This document shows positions 27,557 to 38,799 of a DNA stretch of 64,000 nucleotides, in pieces. How positions within the stretch are numbered: position 1 is the first letter of the stretch; each line of letters opens with the position of its first letter. Source of the stretch: Obrimoposthia wandeli (lineage: Eukaryota); contig CDROCS010000335.1 of NCBI GenBank assembly GCA_977020255.1, positions 248,001 through 312,000 on the forward strand, given 5' to 3'. Both the position numbers and the translations under genes were made by a program. The notes under the pieces were generated by a model. That model did not search any database. It had not been told where the DNA came from and was given only the letters and a program-made list of their open reading frames with translations.

Positions 27557-28565
27557 AGTCTATGTATATGGTGTTATCTAGTAACGGATGCCCGAAGACT
27601 CAACCAGATAATGACGCTAGTAGCTTTATTATCGATTGGCAAAATCCTATAAATCTCCAAGGAGAATGGGAAGCGGCTTTAACAGAATTTTCTTTTTATT
27701 ATTCTCCAATTACTATCAGAAAAAACTCACATATTTCGTTTACAAAAGAATTTGATCATGAAAAAACAACTGAAGTTGTGATCGGGTTTGATAGTAAAGG
27801 ACAATTCTATTACAATTGTATAGATAAAGAAGTGAAAGTTATATATGAAAATAACAAAGTCAGATTTAAAAATCGATTAAAATATCTTCAAGCTATTAAA
27901 ATTACATTTGAATCTAAAAAAGAAGCTCTTCAATTCAGTTTTGATAGTGAACAAACAGTAACTCGTAATAAATGGGATATTATCTCATCTAATTCGGTTA
28001 GAAATGTTCCTGGTAGAGTAGCAAAAGTGTTGTTACTTGAAACGAGACCAAAGACTGTAGTGGAACTGAAAAAGTTTTCAAAAGATTATAAAATAGATAA
28101 TGAAGTGAATTTATGTAAATTAATACAGAAGGAATGCAGTGAATATTTAACGTTTACAGTAAAGAGCAATATAAAACGGGTTTAATTTGATGATAAACTC
28201 GCTAAAAACCTCGGTTTAAACATAAATACCTTTGAAACCCATACAATAAAAACCATTAAAGCTAAAAAATAGAGCAAAACCTTATAATGCTGTTAATCCT
28301 TTATATATTTTTACTCATTTAATAGAACCAACGCTTGTAGAAGGACAACGAGTTCCACTTTTGAGAACAATATGGATATCTCAAAATCAAACTAATGATG
28401 GCAAAGTTATCGGTATTCGTATAGATCAACCAATTTATCTTTCAGTTGCTCTCTTTTCTATAAATAATATTGAAGTAAATTAGAGATGATTCCAGACAAC
28501 TAATAGATTTCACGTACGGAGCTAAGACAAGTTTAACAATACATTTAAGAAAACAAAACTGGTGA
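27553..28565 (+). pseudogene. Minor capsid (penton-like) protein
   Basis: MYMVLSSNGCPKTQPDNDASSFIIDWQNPINLQGEWEAALTEFSF (typical Polinton penton N-terminus); C-terminal LIEPTLVEGQRVPLLRTI and KTSLTIHLRK. Confidence 0.85.
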
Positions 28566-28936
28566 ATCCAGCAATAATTAAAGCTTATAGTCAAAGTCAA
28601 CAAGGTGGAGAATTACCATATTTGGTTGGTAAACAATATGGATCTGGCTGGCTTAGAAAATTAGGTAGATTTGCCTTTCCTCTTTTAAAGAAACTCGGGT
28701 GGTTTGTATCAAAATTAGGAAAGGACTTCCTTTCATCTAATGACAATAAACTAATACCAACTTCTAAGAAGCATGCACTTAATGAACTTGATAATGTTTT
28801 ACCTGACTTTGCTAATTTGATTAGAAAAGGTAAATCGAATAAAAGCCAAGAAGGTAGTGGATTTAAACGTAAAAAGAAGCAAAAAATTAATATAAACAAA
28901 CGTAAGAAAGTTGAAGGAACAATATTTGCAAAATGA
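28562..28936 (+). CDS. Small basic/amphipathic virion protein (QGG and GSG motifs)
   Basis: QQGGELPYLVGKQYGSGWLRKLGRFAFPLLKKLGWFVSKLGKDFL...GSGFKRKKK; GTG start overlaps the penton stop. Confidence 0.65.
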   Translation: MNPAIIKAYSQSQQGGELPYLVGKQYGSGWLRKLGRFAFPLLKKLGWFVSKLGKDFLSSNDNKLIPTSKKHALNELDNVLPDFANLIRKGKSNKSQEGSGFKRKKKQKININKRKKVEGTIFAK

Positions 28937-30161
28937 GTTGCGCCAAAACTGAATTGTGTATTTTTGATAAATCGCTTCCACAAGTAGTTGTAGATAGCTT
29001 TCTTTGAATAAATATTTCTAGTTAACTCAGTTTCAGGAACCACTTTAACCAATTTAGAATTTAATATTAATGGTTTCAATAGCGAGTATTTAGATTTGAA
29101 TGATACTTTGCTTTATGTTCAAATAAAAGTATTAAATCGGGATGGTACTAATTTAGAAAATAATGCCGATGTAACTGCTGTAAATTATCTCTTTAATTCT
29201 TTATTTAGTGATGCCATTTTTACTCTTAATCATGTCAAAATTGAAGGTAGAAATTCTTCCTATGCTTATAAAGCTTTGATTGAAAGTCTTTTGAATTATA
29301 GTACTGATACTTAAAATATTAATTTGGCAACCATTGGTTGTGATAAAACGGTTGCAACTCGCAAAGAATGGATTGCAGGTTCTAAAGCTTACGAAATGTG
29401 TGGGTCTTTGAGATTGAATTTCTTTGAACAACTGAAATATTTAAGTTTCGGTGTTAATGTACATCTTTCTTTGAAACGTAATAAATTAAATTTTTCTTTG
29501 ATAATCACAGACTTTCTAAAACCTAGACTTGATATTTTGGATGCAAAACTATATGTCCGAAGAGTTAAAACTGAGCAATCAGTTTTAATGGCACATAATA
29601 TAGGAATTGAAAAAAAACAATGCTTGTTATCCTATTAGAGAAATTAAACTTATAGCATACTCTTTGGGTAAGGGTACACAATCTTTTAATAAGTATCAAA
29701 TTTTTGGTGATGTAAGATTACCGAAATTCGTTTTAATTTCTTTTCAAAAAACTGCAAAGTTTCTAGGAAATTCTACAACAGATGTAACTTAATTTGACAA
29801 TCTTAATGTAGGTTCAGTGAAACTTTCAAGAAATACTGATTATCGTGAAACATATAAATCAGGTTTCGAAAGTAATGCTTATTCTTTGGCTTATACGCAA
29901 TCTATTATTCGGAATTAGGGTCAACTAGATAAAAATATAAACAATGATATTTCTTTCACTGAGTTTAAAAGCAACTGCCCGTTATTCACATTTGTTTTGG
30001 CACCAGACTTTGATATAAACCAATGCCAACTACCAAAGGATGGAAATTTACGAATAGATATTAAGTTCAATGCAGTTTTAACACATTCTACTACGGTGAT
30101 TATTTACGGAGTATTTGATTCGTAAATACAAATCAATAAAAACAGAACTGTCATATTATAG
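28933..30161 (+). pseudogene. Major capsid protein (double jelly-roll, PY/hexon-like)
   Basis: MSCAKTELCIFD, YLDLNDTLLYVQIKV, YAYKALIESLLNY, RLPKFVLISFQ, LFTFVLAPD, GNLRIDIKF; several TAA stops and frameshifts. Confidence 0.9.
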
Positions 30162-30199
30162 AATGTAGTAAGACATTTTTTAAATTTATATTTATTAAT

Positions 30200-30561
30200 T
30201 TTTAATTAGTTCAGTACAAGTACAAGAATCAGCAGAGAAGGTCCTGGGTGATAAATTCAATGGAGTTTATCTTATTGATATGATACCATTTTTTCAATCT
30301 GGAGATTACATTATCAATACTCATACTTCGAATTTAAAAGGAGAACATTGGATAGCTATTTATGTTAGAGAGTGGAAAATACATGATCCACTTGCAATGC
30401 ATTATCCACACAAACATGTTTCGATTATTCAAAAAGGACGAAGAAGAGTATTTTACAGCAAGATACAATATCAGGATCCTGCGACGAGAAATTGTGGATA
30501 TTTATGTATTTATGGTTATCGTTGCAAAACGAATAATGTGTTTTATTTTGAAATTTTTTAA
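30200..30561 (+). CDS. Adenain/Ulp1-like cysteine maturation protease
   Basis: IINT...GEHWIAI (His), HDPL (Asp), QYQD (Gln), NCGYLC (Cys). Confidence 0.88.
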
Positions 30562-30779
30562 ATCCCTACAAAATATAAGAGTAAAATAATAAAAGGCATA
30601 TGACGAAATTTTTTTAATACATTTATTAAACAACACATCACAACGAGATCTGTCAGCAAAAATAAGGCACAACCTAAAAAAGTATTGAAATAACAAAAAG
30701 TTAGAGTCAAGGTGCCATAAGGATCTAAAATTTTAATAAACTAAAAAAAAAAGAAAAAAAAGAAAACCGTTTAAATTGG

Positions 30780-33700
30780 AAGTGTCCATAAGACAGGCTA
30801 GCGTTCTTTTCTACCCAAAAGCGCTTGTCGTCATTACTACTCAAATCGATTTTTGTTGATTTATGGGAATACATTTGATGGGCTCTTGAAATAAATCTAG
30901 TTTGCTCAACGCTTTCAATACACCCAGTATCATAAACTTTCCGGTATGCCTCATGTGTAAGATTGTTTCTTCCCACACCCTTTGCTCTCATTGAACATGT
31001 AAAATTAGATGCATGTAAACTGTAGCATTTAGGGCGTAGGAAAATACAATCATCGTACGAAACCTGTACCTTGCTTCCCTCCTTAAATTTCTCGATAATA
31101 TCCTTTAAACTCATAGAGTGTAGAGGATGGTTAACGGGATATTTATGGGTATCACATAAGTTGTCCCTAAACATTGCCGGTAATAATTGATTTTCTAAAC
31201 TGACATTTTTAGATTCTACAAAGAAAGAGTCAGTATTCCCAGCTGCGATTTTGATCTCACAATTAAATTCTTGTCGATATTTCTCTAATTCTATGTATTG
31301 AAGTTCGTACATTCTGAGTTTAGAAATGTCTAAAACCGTTTGACCTATATAACTCGGTCGATCGAGACAAATACTCTGTTTTCCTAATGACACTGCTACC
31401 AAGCCATCTGCAATTGTAAAACTACACTTGAAGTTGTACTTGTTAGTATTAGTTATTAGTTTACGCTCATCACTGCAAAACCGTAGACAAATGCGTTTCC
31501 ACAAGTACTCTACAGTTTTTCCAAAGATACTATTACTTTTTAACTTGTAAAAATCCCGATCGAATTTGCTAGTGGCCAAATTACGTTTTCTAGAATTCTT
31601 CTCAATGTAGTCTTTAAACACAAAGCTTTGATTGAAACGTATAGCTTATGCTTATAGCACGATGAATTCGAGTAACTTTCGCTCCCAAATTTAAGTACAA
31701 TTGAAGAAGCCGCCAATGCACCACATAATTCAATTTGTCTTCATGTGTTAACAATAATTTCTTAATCTTTGAATTAGGTGAGGATTGATGAAGTGGTGCT
31801 ACTGGAAGATCCTCTAATTTATCATGCACATTAGGAGGGATTTTTAAGTCAACCTCAACCAAATAGCCGACGTTTGATGAAACTGTATCAAAAGTAGCCA
31901 AATCTGTCATCAACTTATTCATTTCTTCCTCATCATAAACCCACTTAAAGTTGGCATGAGGTAGAGGTTGAGTAAGCGCCCACCCATACAAATTATTAAT
32001 GTCGATGTACAGAATCTCCGTGGATTGATTTTTGACAACATGATGTTTGTTGACAAAAGTCAATCCACCGCGTATGCCATAATCATATATTTGATACATC
32101 GCGGGATCTTGCAGTAACTCGATATTAATTTTAAGAGATTTTATTGCTGTTACCCAAGGTAAACTAAAGAAATGCATGGGATCTAGCCCATCTTCTGCTA
32201 AAGATTTTACACGAAAGGACTCAAAAACATCAGCAAAAAGATAAATGTCTAAGTTCATATAATAAAGCATATAATCTAGAAGATTTCGACAATTATTCGC
32301 CCAAAATGAACGGGCCTCATTATAGTCTTGGAAACTTACACCCTCGAATTTAGTTATGGGTGGGATTTCTGTACTAGTTTCTAAATCTGCAAAGGTTTTT
32401 GCAAATTTATACGGAAAAATCCCCTTCTCATTAACCGAAGCTGGGAACACTGACTGTGTAATTGGCCATGCATTTAAAGATGCCGTTAATTTTTTTAAGA
32501 ACCCCCTCAAAAACTGCAGAGAATCTATGAATCTTAAACTGCAGAATTCAGTATATGCAGTTAAAGATAAATATTTCTCTGAAGTTTGAAATATACATGG
32601 AATTTTCCAAGAGCTTAATGTACCCAACGCATATTTAAGTATATGATGCAAGTCATATCCTTTGAGATTATGAAACACAATGGGAATGCGTGGTTTTTTA
32701 GGGAGTCGACGGCCAAGGTTACAGAGGTTGCACGCTGCTCCCAATTATCGCCCGTAACATGATCGTGATCTCTGACTAACTTAGACTGGGTTCCACACAA
32801 ATAACATAATCTACAAAAATTAAAATTAACCCAGTCTATGCCTGTCATGATCATTGCTTGATGAGCATTAAGATCATACCACGGTTGGACAATTGTAGTT
32901 CTTAATTCTTCTAATTTTAACATAAAATCTAAAATACAATTTGGAGCGGAAAATTTATGATACTGTGTAATATTGGGGCCTAAGAATAGTAGTCCTGTCG
33001 AAGCCGGTAGGTGAATACTCTCATATTGGTAATGCAATGCTAGAATTGACTCAAAATCAGCATACACCCTGAATTCCACGGGTATGCATTTTGCCCAATC
33101 CCTGATTTTTAAATCCTTATCCTTAGGCATCAGGATTCAGTGTACATAATGTCAGATGTTTTCTGTAAGAGAGCTTGGATCAGAATCCATGCAAACATCT
33201 GTGACACCACTTAAACCTTATCCTAACCGGTAAGGCTCCATTATCTAAATTTAGAAGACGATCTAAATTGGGAATTGCAGCATAATGGAATTTTTTATTA
33301 TGTTCGAGCAAAAGTAAGTTGACCGGAGTCCCCTCATTATTGCTCCTATAAATTACATCTACAAAAGGATTTTAAAAAATTTCTTCATCTGTTACATTAA
33401 CTGGGATATCAGTATTATATTTGAATACATTAATACTCAAGTTATTAAGATGTTCAAATCTTGATATCGCAGTTAATTTAACAGGAAAATATATTCCATG
33501 ATACGGCAATTCATTTAAAAAGGGGTATATTTACTGACACGCGCTCTGTGCTCAGTAATTACATCCCTTTTGAGGATGGCCAACACGCTATACAGGAAGC
33601 AAAGGTTGTCACTGTTTTGTACGTTAACAATGGAACGTGAAAGTTGAAAAGATCTAGGTGAAGGAATGTATGAACTCTCCGAAAGATATATCATGTCAGT

Positions 33701-34129
33701 GAACTTTATTAAAAGAAAGCTAACATCGTGAATTCTAACTAGAGTCCATCCACTACTTAACTCGCTATAATTAGCAATTTTTTCATCTAGGTTTCTTCCA
33801 ATTTCAGTTATAAAATTATTGTAGAAAACAGTTGCTTTATGTGAAATTACCCAAGTTTTAGTCTACTCGTTGACATTTTTAAACTGCACTGTTGCGCAAA
33901 ATTGAACCTTAGCCTGTCCTAATTTAGTCACTTCTGATTTTAAAAGACTTTCAATATTTGAATCTACACCTACATTTAATAAAATTTCCTTTTCTAATGA
34001 CACTTTAACTATAACATATTTATTATTTAGGTGATACTCTTTAGTAGCACTGTTTTCTCTACGTTTTTTTGGTGGGACCTTATTAAGAAATTGGCCTCGC
34101 CTCTTTCTTCCTACAGTTGCTGACAAACC
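30780..34129 (-). pseudogene. Protein-primed DNA polymerase B with N-terminal domain and embedded endonuclease VII-like zinc domain
   Basis: Exo motifs VYADFES, FHNLKGYD, FIDS, KGIFPY; Pol motifs YIDINNLYG, KLKSNSIFGKT, AGNTDSF (D to N), RPKCY, RAKGV; CYLC...RDHDHVTG...GAACNLCNL; upstream SGW and NVQNSDNLCFLYSV. Broken by stops and frameshifts. Confidence 0.95.
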
Positions 34130-35282
34130 TCACCCTAATTGAACGGGAAGACAACTATTTATATTAAATGTTTGTGCTGCCGATGTTAAGGCAATGGTAG
34201 CTGATGTGAAAGGGGCTGCTGAGACAACTAATGGTGGTGCTGCCGACGTTGAGGCAATCGTAGCTGATGTAGACGGTGCTGCTGTAGTAGATGCTGCCGC
34301 AGATGTTGAGACAATTGCAGTTGTAGATGCTGCATTTGAGGTTGGAGAAGATGAGGTAGTAGATGACATTGCCGACGAAGAAGCGGCTGTTGTAGAGGTT
34401 GATGTTGCATCTGCTGAAATAAATATATTAAAAAAAATTATTACCTCTAAGGCGTGAAAACATCGATGTAAGCACTCGCGATGGGGAGGCATAGATGTCG
34501 TAGCGGATGACGGGTGTATCAAGGTATTTCCTGAATAAAAAAAAAATATATATATATATATAATTACAATTTTAAAAAAATAATCAGAAAAATAATAATA
34601 AAAAATACCTAATGAAGGCAATCCAACTGTAGCTGGTTGAAAGTCCTCTTCATTGACGGAATTCCATCCAGCTATCGCCCGTTAACTCGACGAAATCGGA
34701 TTCCTCGATGGTCTCCAACCAGCTGTTGTCGCTCGTCTGAGGCTGCTCCATCTCGAAATCTGACTGGGTGATATTTTCCATCCAGTCATTGTTCGAGAAT
34801 TGGGTTGCTGGCACCAATTCCTCAAAATCTTCTTGGGAGATATCGTCCATCCACTCATTGTTAGTCATTTGAGTGGCTGAGGCAGCTGTAGAATTAGGAG
34901 ACAGGAGAGAAGGACCAATCGCAGGACCGTAAACGGGTTGAACGACTGCAACTGGAATAGGAGCAGGAGCTGGAGCAGCCTGCGAATCGTGCACCAATTG
35001 CACGATAGCCATCTTCTTGTTGTTGGCTGTGAAACAGGATAAGGAATCTCGATGTTCACCGAAGAAGTCTCGAAACTCCTTCTCCTCCATTGTTCTGCAG
35101 AAGGGGCAGACGAAGAATTGAAGCCCATGAGACTTTGTCTGATAGTAGGCGGACATTATCTCCATGCAGGACTCTCCTCCATGCGGAGCCGAAGCACCAC
35201 AATATGCTGGAAACAGGTTACACGTAATCTAAAAATATATATTAATAAAGAAATAAAAAATATAGTTTCTTACCATAGTCAT
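34130..35282 (-). CDS. Spliced Polinton coding region: Cys/His cluster, acidic WxxxIxxxDF repeats, Ser/Thr/Ala-rich tract; possibly the 5' exons of pPolB
   Basis: GT-AG introns at 35229-35273 (45 nt), 34531-34608 (78 nt) and 34414-34444 (31 nt); ATG at 35280-35282; TATATAA-like box upstream at about 35325-35331. Confidence 0.6.
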
Positions 35283-35499
35283 TATTTCAAATAGTTGGGA
35301 ATTAAAATGAAGAAAGAGTTTGCTTATATACTAAATTTTATGCACACATGCTCTTTTCTTATTGGATGAAAAAATTGAATTTATTCTACCACTGAGAAGG
35401 ATTGTTTATCTGTTATTGGTTGATAATATTATTTTTAAATATTTTTTATTCCTCCAATTAAAAAGATTGTACATTTGTAATTGTAATGGATGGAAATTT

Positions 35500-36030
35500 T
35501 ATTTTGTAAATAATGAATTTCTCCAATTAGAAGAATTGTTTATCCACATTTCAACCAATAATAAGATAGACTTAAACATTTTCTTATATGTGCAATGGTC
35601 ACCATGATCACGATATGGATAGGAAATATTTTGTGGAATTTTTAATAGATGATCACGTGAAATATTTAAAGTATTCAACCTCAAAATTGGAAAATATTTT
35701 TTTAAAGTCTTATACTTTTTGCCATCCATTTCATCTAAAACATAAAAAATTCCATTTTCAATATCAAAATTAGATTTTATTGTATCGAAAATACATATTT
35801 CACAAAAGCCTTATGTCCTTCTTTCCATTTTAATAACTGAAAATAATTAGTTAGATATAAATTAGTAAATGTTTTCTTATAATCTATACTCCTAAACGGA
35901 ATATCTATATGACATATGAAATGCAAAGGATGAAAACGTCGCATACATCCATAATACATAATTCTTTTATAATATAATCTTCATTTTTGTTAATGAAAGC
36001 CTCAAAATCTATAATATATTCTTGTATAAT
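35500..36030 (-). pseudogene. DEDD-exonuclease-like Polinton accessory protein
   Basis: YIIDFEAF...YIIKELCIMD, then after a frameshift NLYLTNYFQLLKWKEG, and a C-terminal H...HC; resembles a conserved Polinton ORF family. Confidence 0.55.
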
Positions 36031-36429
36031 TACCCAAATTTGTAGCAAATCCCTTTGTTTATAACGAATAAAAAAGCCATTAATCAAAAATTTATTAAAA
36101 TAACAAAGTACTCAGGATTCATTTTTTCATGTTAAGATTGGTATATATTGTCAATTCTCCTTTGAATATTAAAATAAATCATATTAAATGTAAACATACC
36201 TAAATATTTCGAAATTAAATTACATTTTTTTTTCCGGAGTATCATTTTTTGAGAAGTAATTTTTTTTATAATCTTCCATTAAATCTGGAGATAATTTAAT
36301 GTATAATTTATTCCAATTTATTTTATTATCCATTTTACAAAAAAACATTATATCTAAAATTGTTTATATTTAAACAATTATGTAACATAAAATTAATCAA
36401 TAACGACAAAAGAAAAAATAATATTTAAA

Positions 36430-36739
36430 AATTAATTTTTTTGTAGAAGGACCCTCTTCCAGTTTAATCCGGAGGATTTTCTTTCTTGCAGCTCACCGAT
36501 CTACCTCCATCTCCTCTCTTCTTTTTTCAATCAGTTTCTTTTTTTCCAATTCCATCTTTTTGTTCCACTCCACGATCTGTTGTCGTTCTGCTAGCCGCCT
36601 GTCCTGAATCTCCACCCGACGATTTCACTCGGTCGCGACAGCTGTGTAGAGATTCTGATTGAGGACCCTCTTTCTTAAATCTCCTTTCTTCTCATTTCTC
36701 CTGATGTTTTCTTCTATATTCGTCACGAGACTTTTCATT
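36430..36739 (-). pseudogene. Charged coiled-coil accessory ORF
   Basis: MKSLVTNIEENIRRNEKKGDLRKRV...ERQQIVEWNKKMELEKKKLIEKKREEME with two in-frame TGA stops; TATATATA upstream near 36790. Confidence 0.45.
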
Positions 36740-37032
36740 TAAATGAATTCCATTTTTTAATTATGAAGAGGTTAATAAATTTGAACCTATATATATAAAT
36801 TTAAGATATTTTTAATCCAATCACATTCAATTAAATGATATATTTTTATTTATCAAATGACAGTTTAATAAATCTATAACTAATCACATTCGAATAAGTT
36901 AACTACTTTTTTCATCTTGATATTTTAATAAACTTAAAGATAGTATTTTAATATTACTAAATTTGTAAAAGAAATTTAAAATTTATAAAGTTTTTTTAAA
37001 TAAATATAAAGAAGAAAACGAAACACATGAAA

Positions 37033-37510
37033 TTATTTTTTATAAATTATATTATTAAAAATCTTTACAAAGTCATCATTGGGATCATCCTCATCGAAAT
37101 CCCTCCGACTGCGTTTTATTAGAGAAAGCGGTACTGGCTCCTTCTTCTTTTGCCATCCAGGTTTCTTTTTCGGCTTCACCGGTTGTTGTGCAGTAATTGC
37201 CGTTCCCTGAGGTTTTGGCAATAGTTGCCGCAACGTTTTGGGAGGAGGTGCAGCCGATGTTGATGGCCCCGACATATAAGTAGTTGCCTTCCTCTTCCGA
37301 GAGCTTTCTTCAGTTTCTACTCCTTCTCACGCCGAAGCTTCTCACGGCATCCTGCTGCCCTCGAGAATCTGGAAGCATAGCCAGTGTATCCAGTTCCGCC
37401 AGGAAATCGTCCATTTCAGCTTCATCCCAGGCCCTCTTCAAGTTCTGGCTGGTTGTTGGACGAGGAGAAGCAGTCTTCCAAGCCCTGGCCAAATTTTGGT
37501 TTATACTCAT
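37033..37510 (-). CDS. Two small Pro/Lys-rich and acidic accessory ORFs next to the right TIR
   Basis: ORFs 37310-37510 and 37033-37275 are GC-richer than their flanks; TATATA boxes at about 37588-37613 upstream. Confidence 0.4.
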
Positions 37511-37818
37511 GAAGCCGGTGATGTCTCCTGCAGGCGTCGTTGACTCGGTGGCGGACTAATCTCAATCGGAGAGACTAGGATCCTCTCGTATATATTTTTG
37601 CGACCCTATATATATGTATTGCTCGTCAGGCCACTGCGGGCCCGAAGGGCGCGCGTTGGCCTTTAGATGGCCTCTCAGGCACTTCCTCACTCTGAGGGAG
37701 TACTATGAGATTTTCAATTTTAAAGGGTGTTATATGGGGTTTATTAGATTTTTGGATGTTGGGCGGCGGGGGGGTAGAAAATTTCACTCTACACACATAC
37801 ATGAAATTTCACTCTACA

Positions 37819-37924
37819 TACATGCACGAAATTTCACTCCACACACATGCACGGTTTTAAAGGACAATGGTAGCCCCCTGGGGGAAGGGGGAGGGGTGGA
37901 TTATACCGGACACACCTACCTACT
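37819..37924 (-). repeat. Right TIR of Polinton A
   Basis: Ends CCGGACACACCTACCTACT; followed by TSD AACACA. Confidence 0.93.
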
Positions 37925-38170
37925 AACACACATTCGAATAGTATTGTCTGGCTTTTTCACAATGACTAATGGCGAGTTCCAAGGACTTTCACAACGCCTA
38001 ATTACGTTTACTTTGAGTACCTTTTAAATCATTTCATCAACTTGGTTTTCTAAAGGCATCGGTTGTCGTCTAGGATTTTGGCTCATATGATCAGCAATAG
38101 TCTCAATCTTATGATAGACAATTTTGGTATATCCTAGATTAAATTTAGAACTCATAAATATTTTTCAAAA
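37925..38170 (-). pseudogene. Gypsy RT N-terminus
   Basis: VIRRCESPWNSPLVIVKKPDNTIRMCV joins DYRQLN at 23142 across the Polinton insertion. Confidence 0.92.
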
Positions 38171-38174
38171 TTCC

Positions 38175-38615
38175 TCAATATAATGTCCTAGAATTGAGTC
38201 TCTCTCGCATTTTAAAATAATTAAATATTTTATCTGTTCTTTCTTTCGAGGAAAACATTTTCATCATGCAAGACGAGTTCAAATTACATTCTTCCTGCAG
38301 CTTTATCCCAAATGTTTTCATTGTATCAATTCCACCAATAAATTCTGGTTTAATTTTTTCTACAACAATTATTTCCAAAACATTTTCCTTTCCATTCCGT
38401 ATTAACGTATTAAACCTACCTAAGGTCTGTTGATGATTATTCGAAAAAACTCCACTCAGATAGAAATTACTCTTTCTCATTTTGTGACATTCTACTTTCT
38501 TCCAACAATCCTTACTCATTACAATAACTGATGCTCCGGAGTCCCACAGCATTACCACATCTACATCCTTAATCTTCATTATACTCCATTCACGACCATC
38601 ATTCTTCATATACAT
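38175..38615 (-). pseudogene. Gypsy aspartic protease
   Basis: VVMLWDSGASVIVMSK and EFIGGIDTMKTFGI. Confidence 0.85.
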
Positions 38616-38799
38616 ATTTTCATTCCGATTTGGTTCTATATGCTCAATCCCACCGACGAAATGTGAGCAATGGGATCGCTCACGTTTCCCTGATTAACAT
38701 TATGTATTATCATGTTGTCCTTATTACAATCTTCTAAATCTTGATTATTTCCTTTCACTTCTTCTGTTATACAAAGTACTCTTGACGTTTTATGTGGGT

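Larger units (their letters stand above)
23149..37924 (+). mobile_element. Polinton/Maverick (adintovirus-like) copy A, full length (14776 bp), coding-decayed
   Basis: TIRs starting AGTAGGT (about 23149-23245 and 37819-37924); 6-bp TSD AACACA (23143-23148, 37925-37930); integrase, ATPase, protease, two capsid genes and pPolB present. Confidence 0.97.

Noticed and set aside
28597-29079. Antisense ORF, also seen in copy B at 18814-19212
   Set aside because: It is the reverse frame of the small virion ORF and MCP start; its presence in both copies follows from shared ancestry.
34228-34410. Gln/His/Leu-rich ORF, and the antisense Val/Ala/Asp ORF at 34194-34457
   Set aside because: Both are shadows of the Ser/Thr/Ala frame, where the invariant C falls in codon position 2 and variation in position 3.
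33100-36740. Several TGA stops in Arg-like contexts as a CpG methylation signature
   Set aside because: CAA-to-TAA and CAG-to-TAG type stops are at least as common, so general C-to-T or AT-biased decay suffices; it cannot be tested without a consensus.
23149-37924. In-frame stops in Polinton genes as evidence of stop-codon reassignment or programmed readthrough
   Set aside because: The stops are a mix of TAA, TAG and TGA, occur with frameshifts, differ between copies A and B, and the host RBM26 exons need no recoding. Ordinary decay explains them.
37614-38027. 137-aa plus-strand ORF
   Set aside because: It crosses the TIR, the TSD and antisense Gypsy RT, so it is a chance product of the insertion junction.
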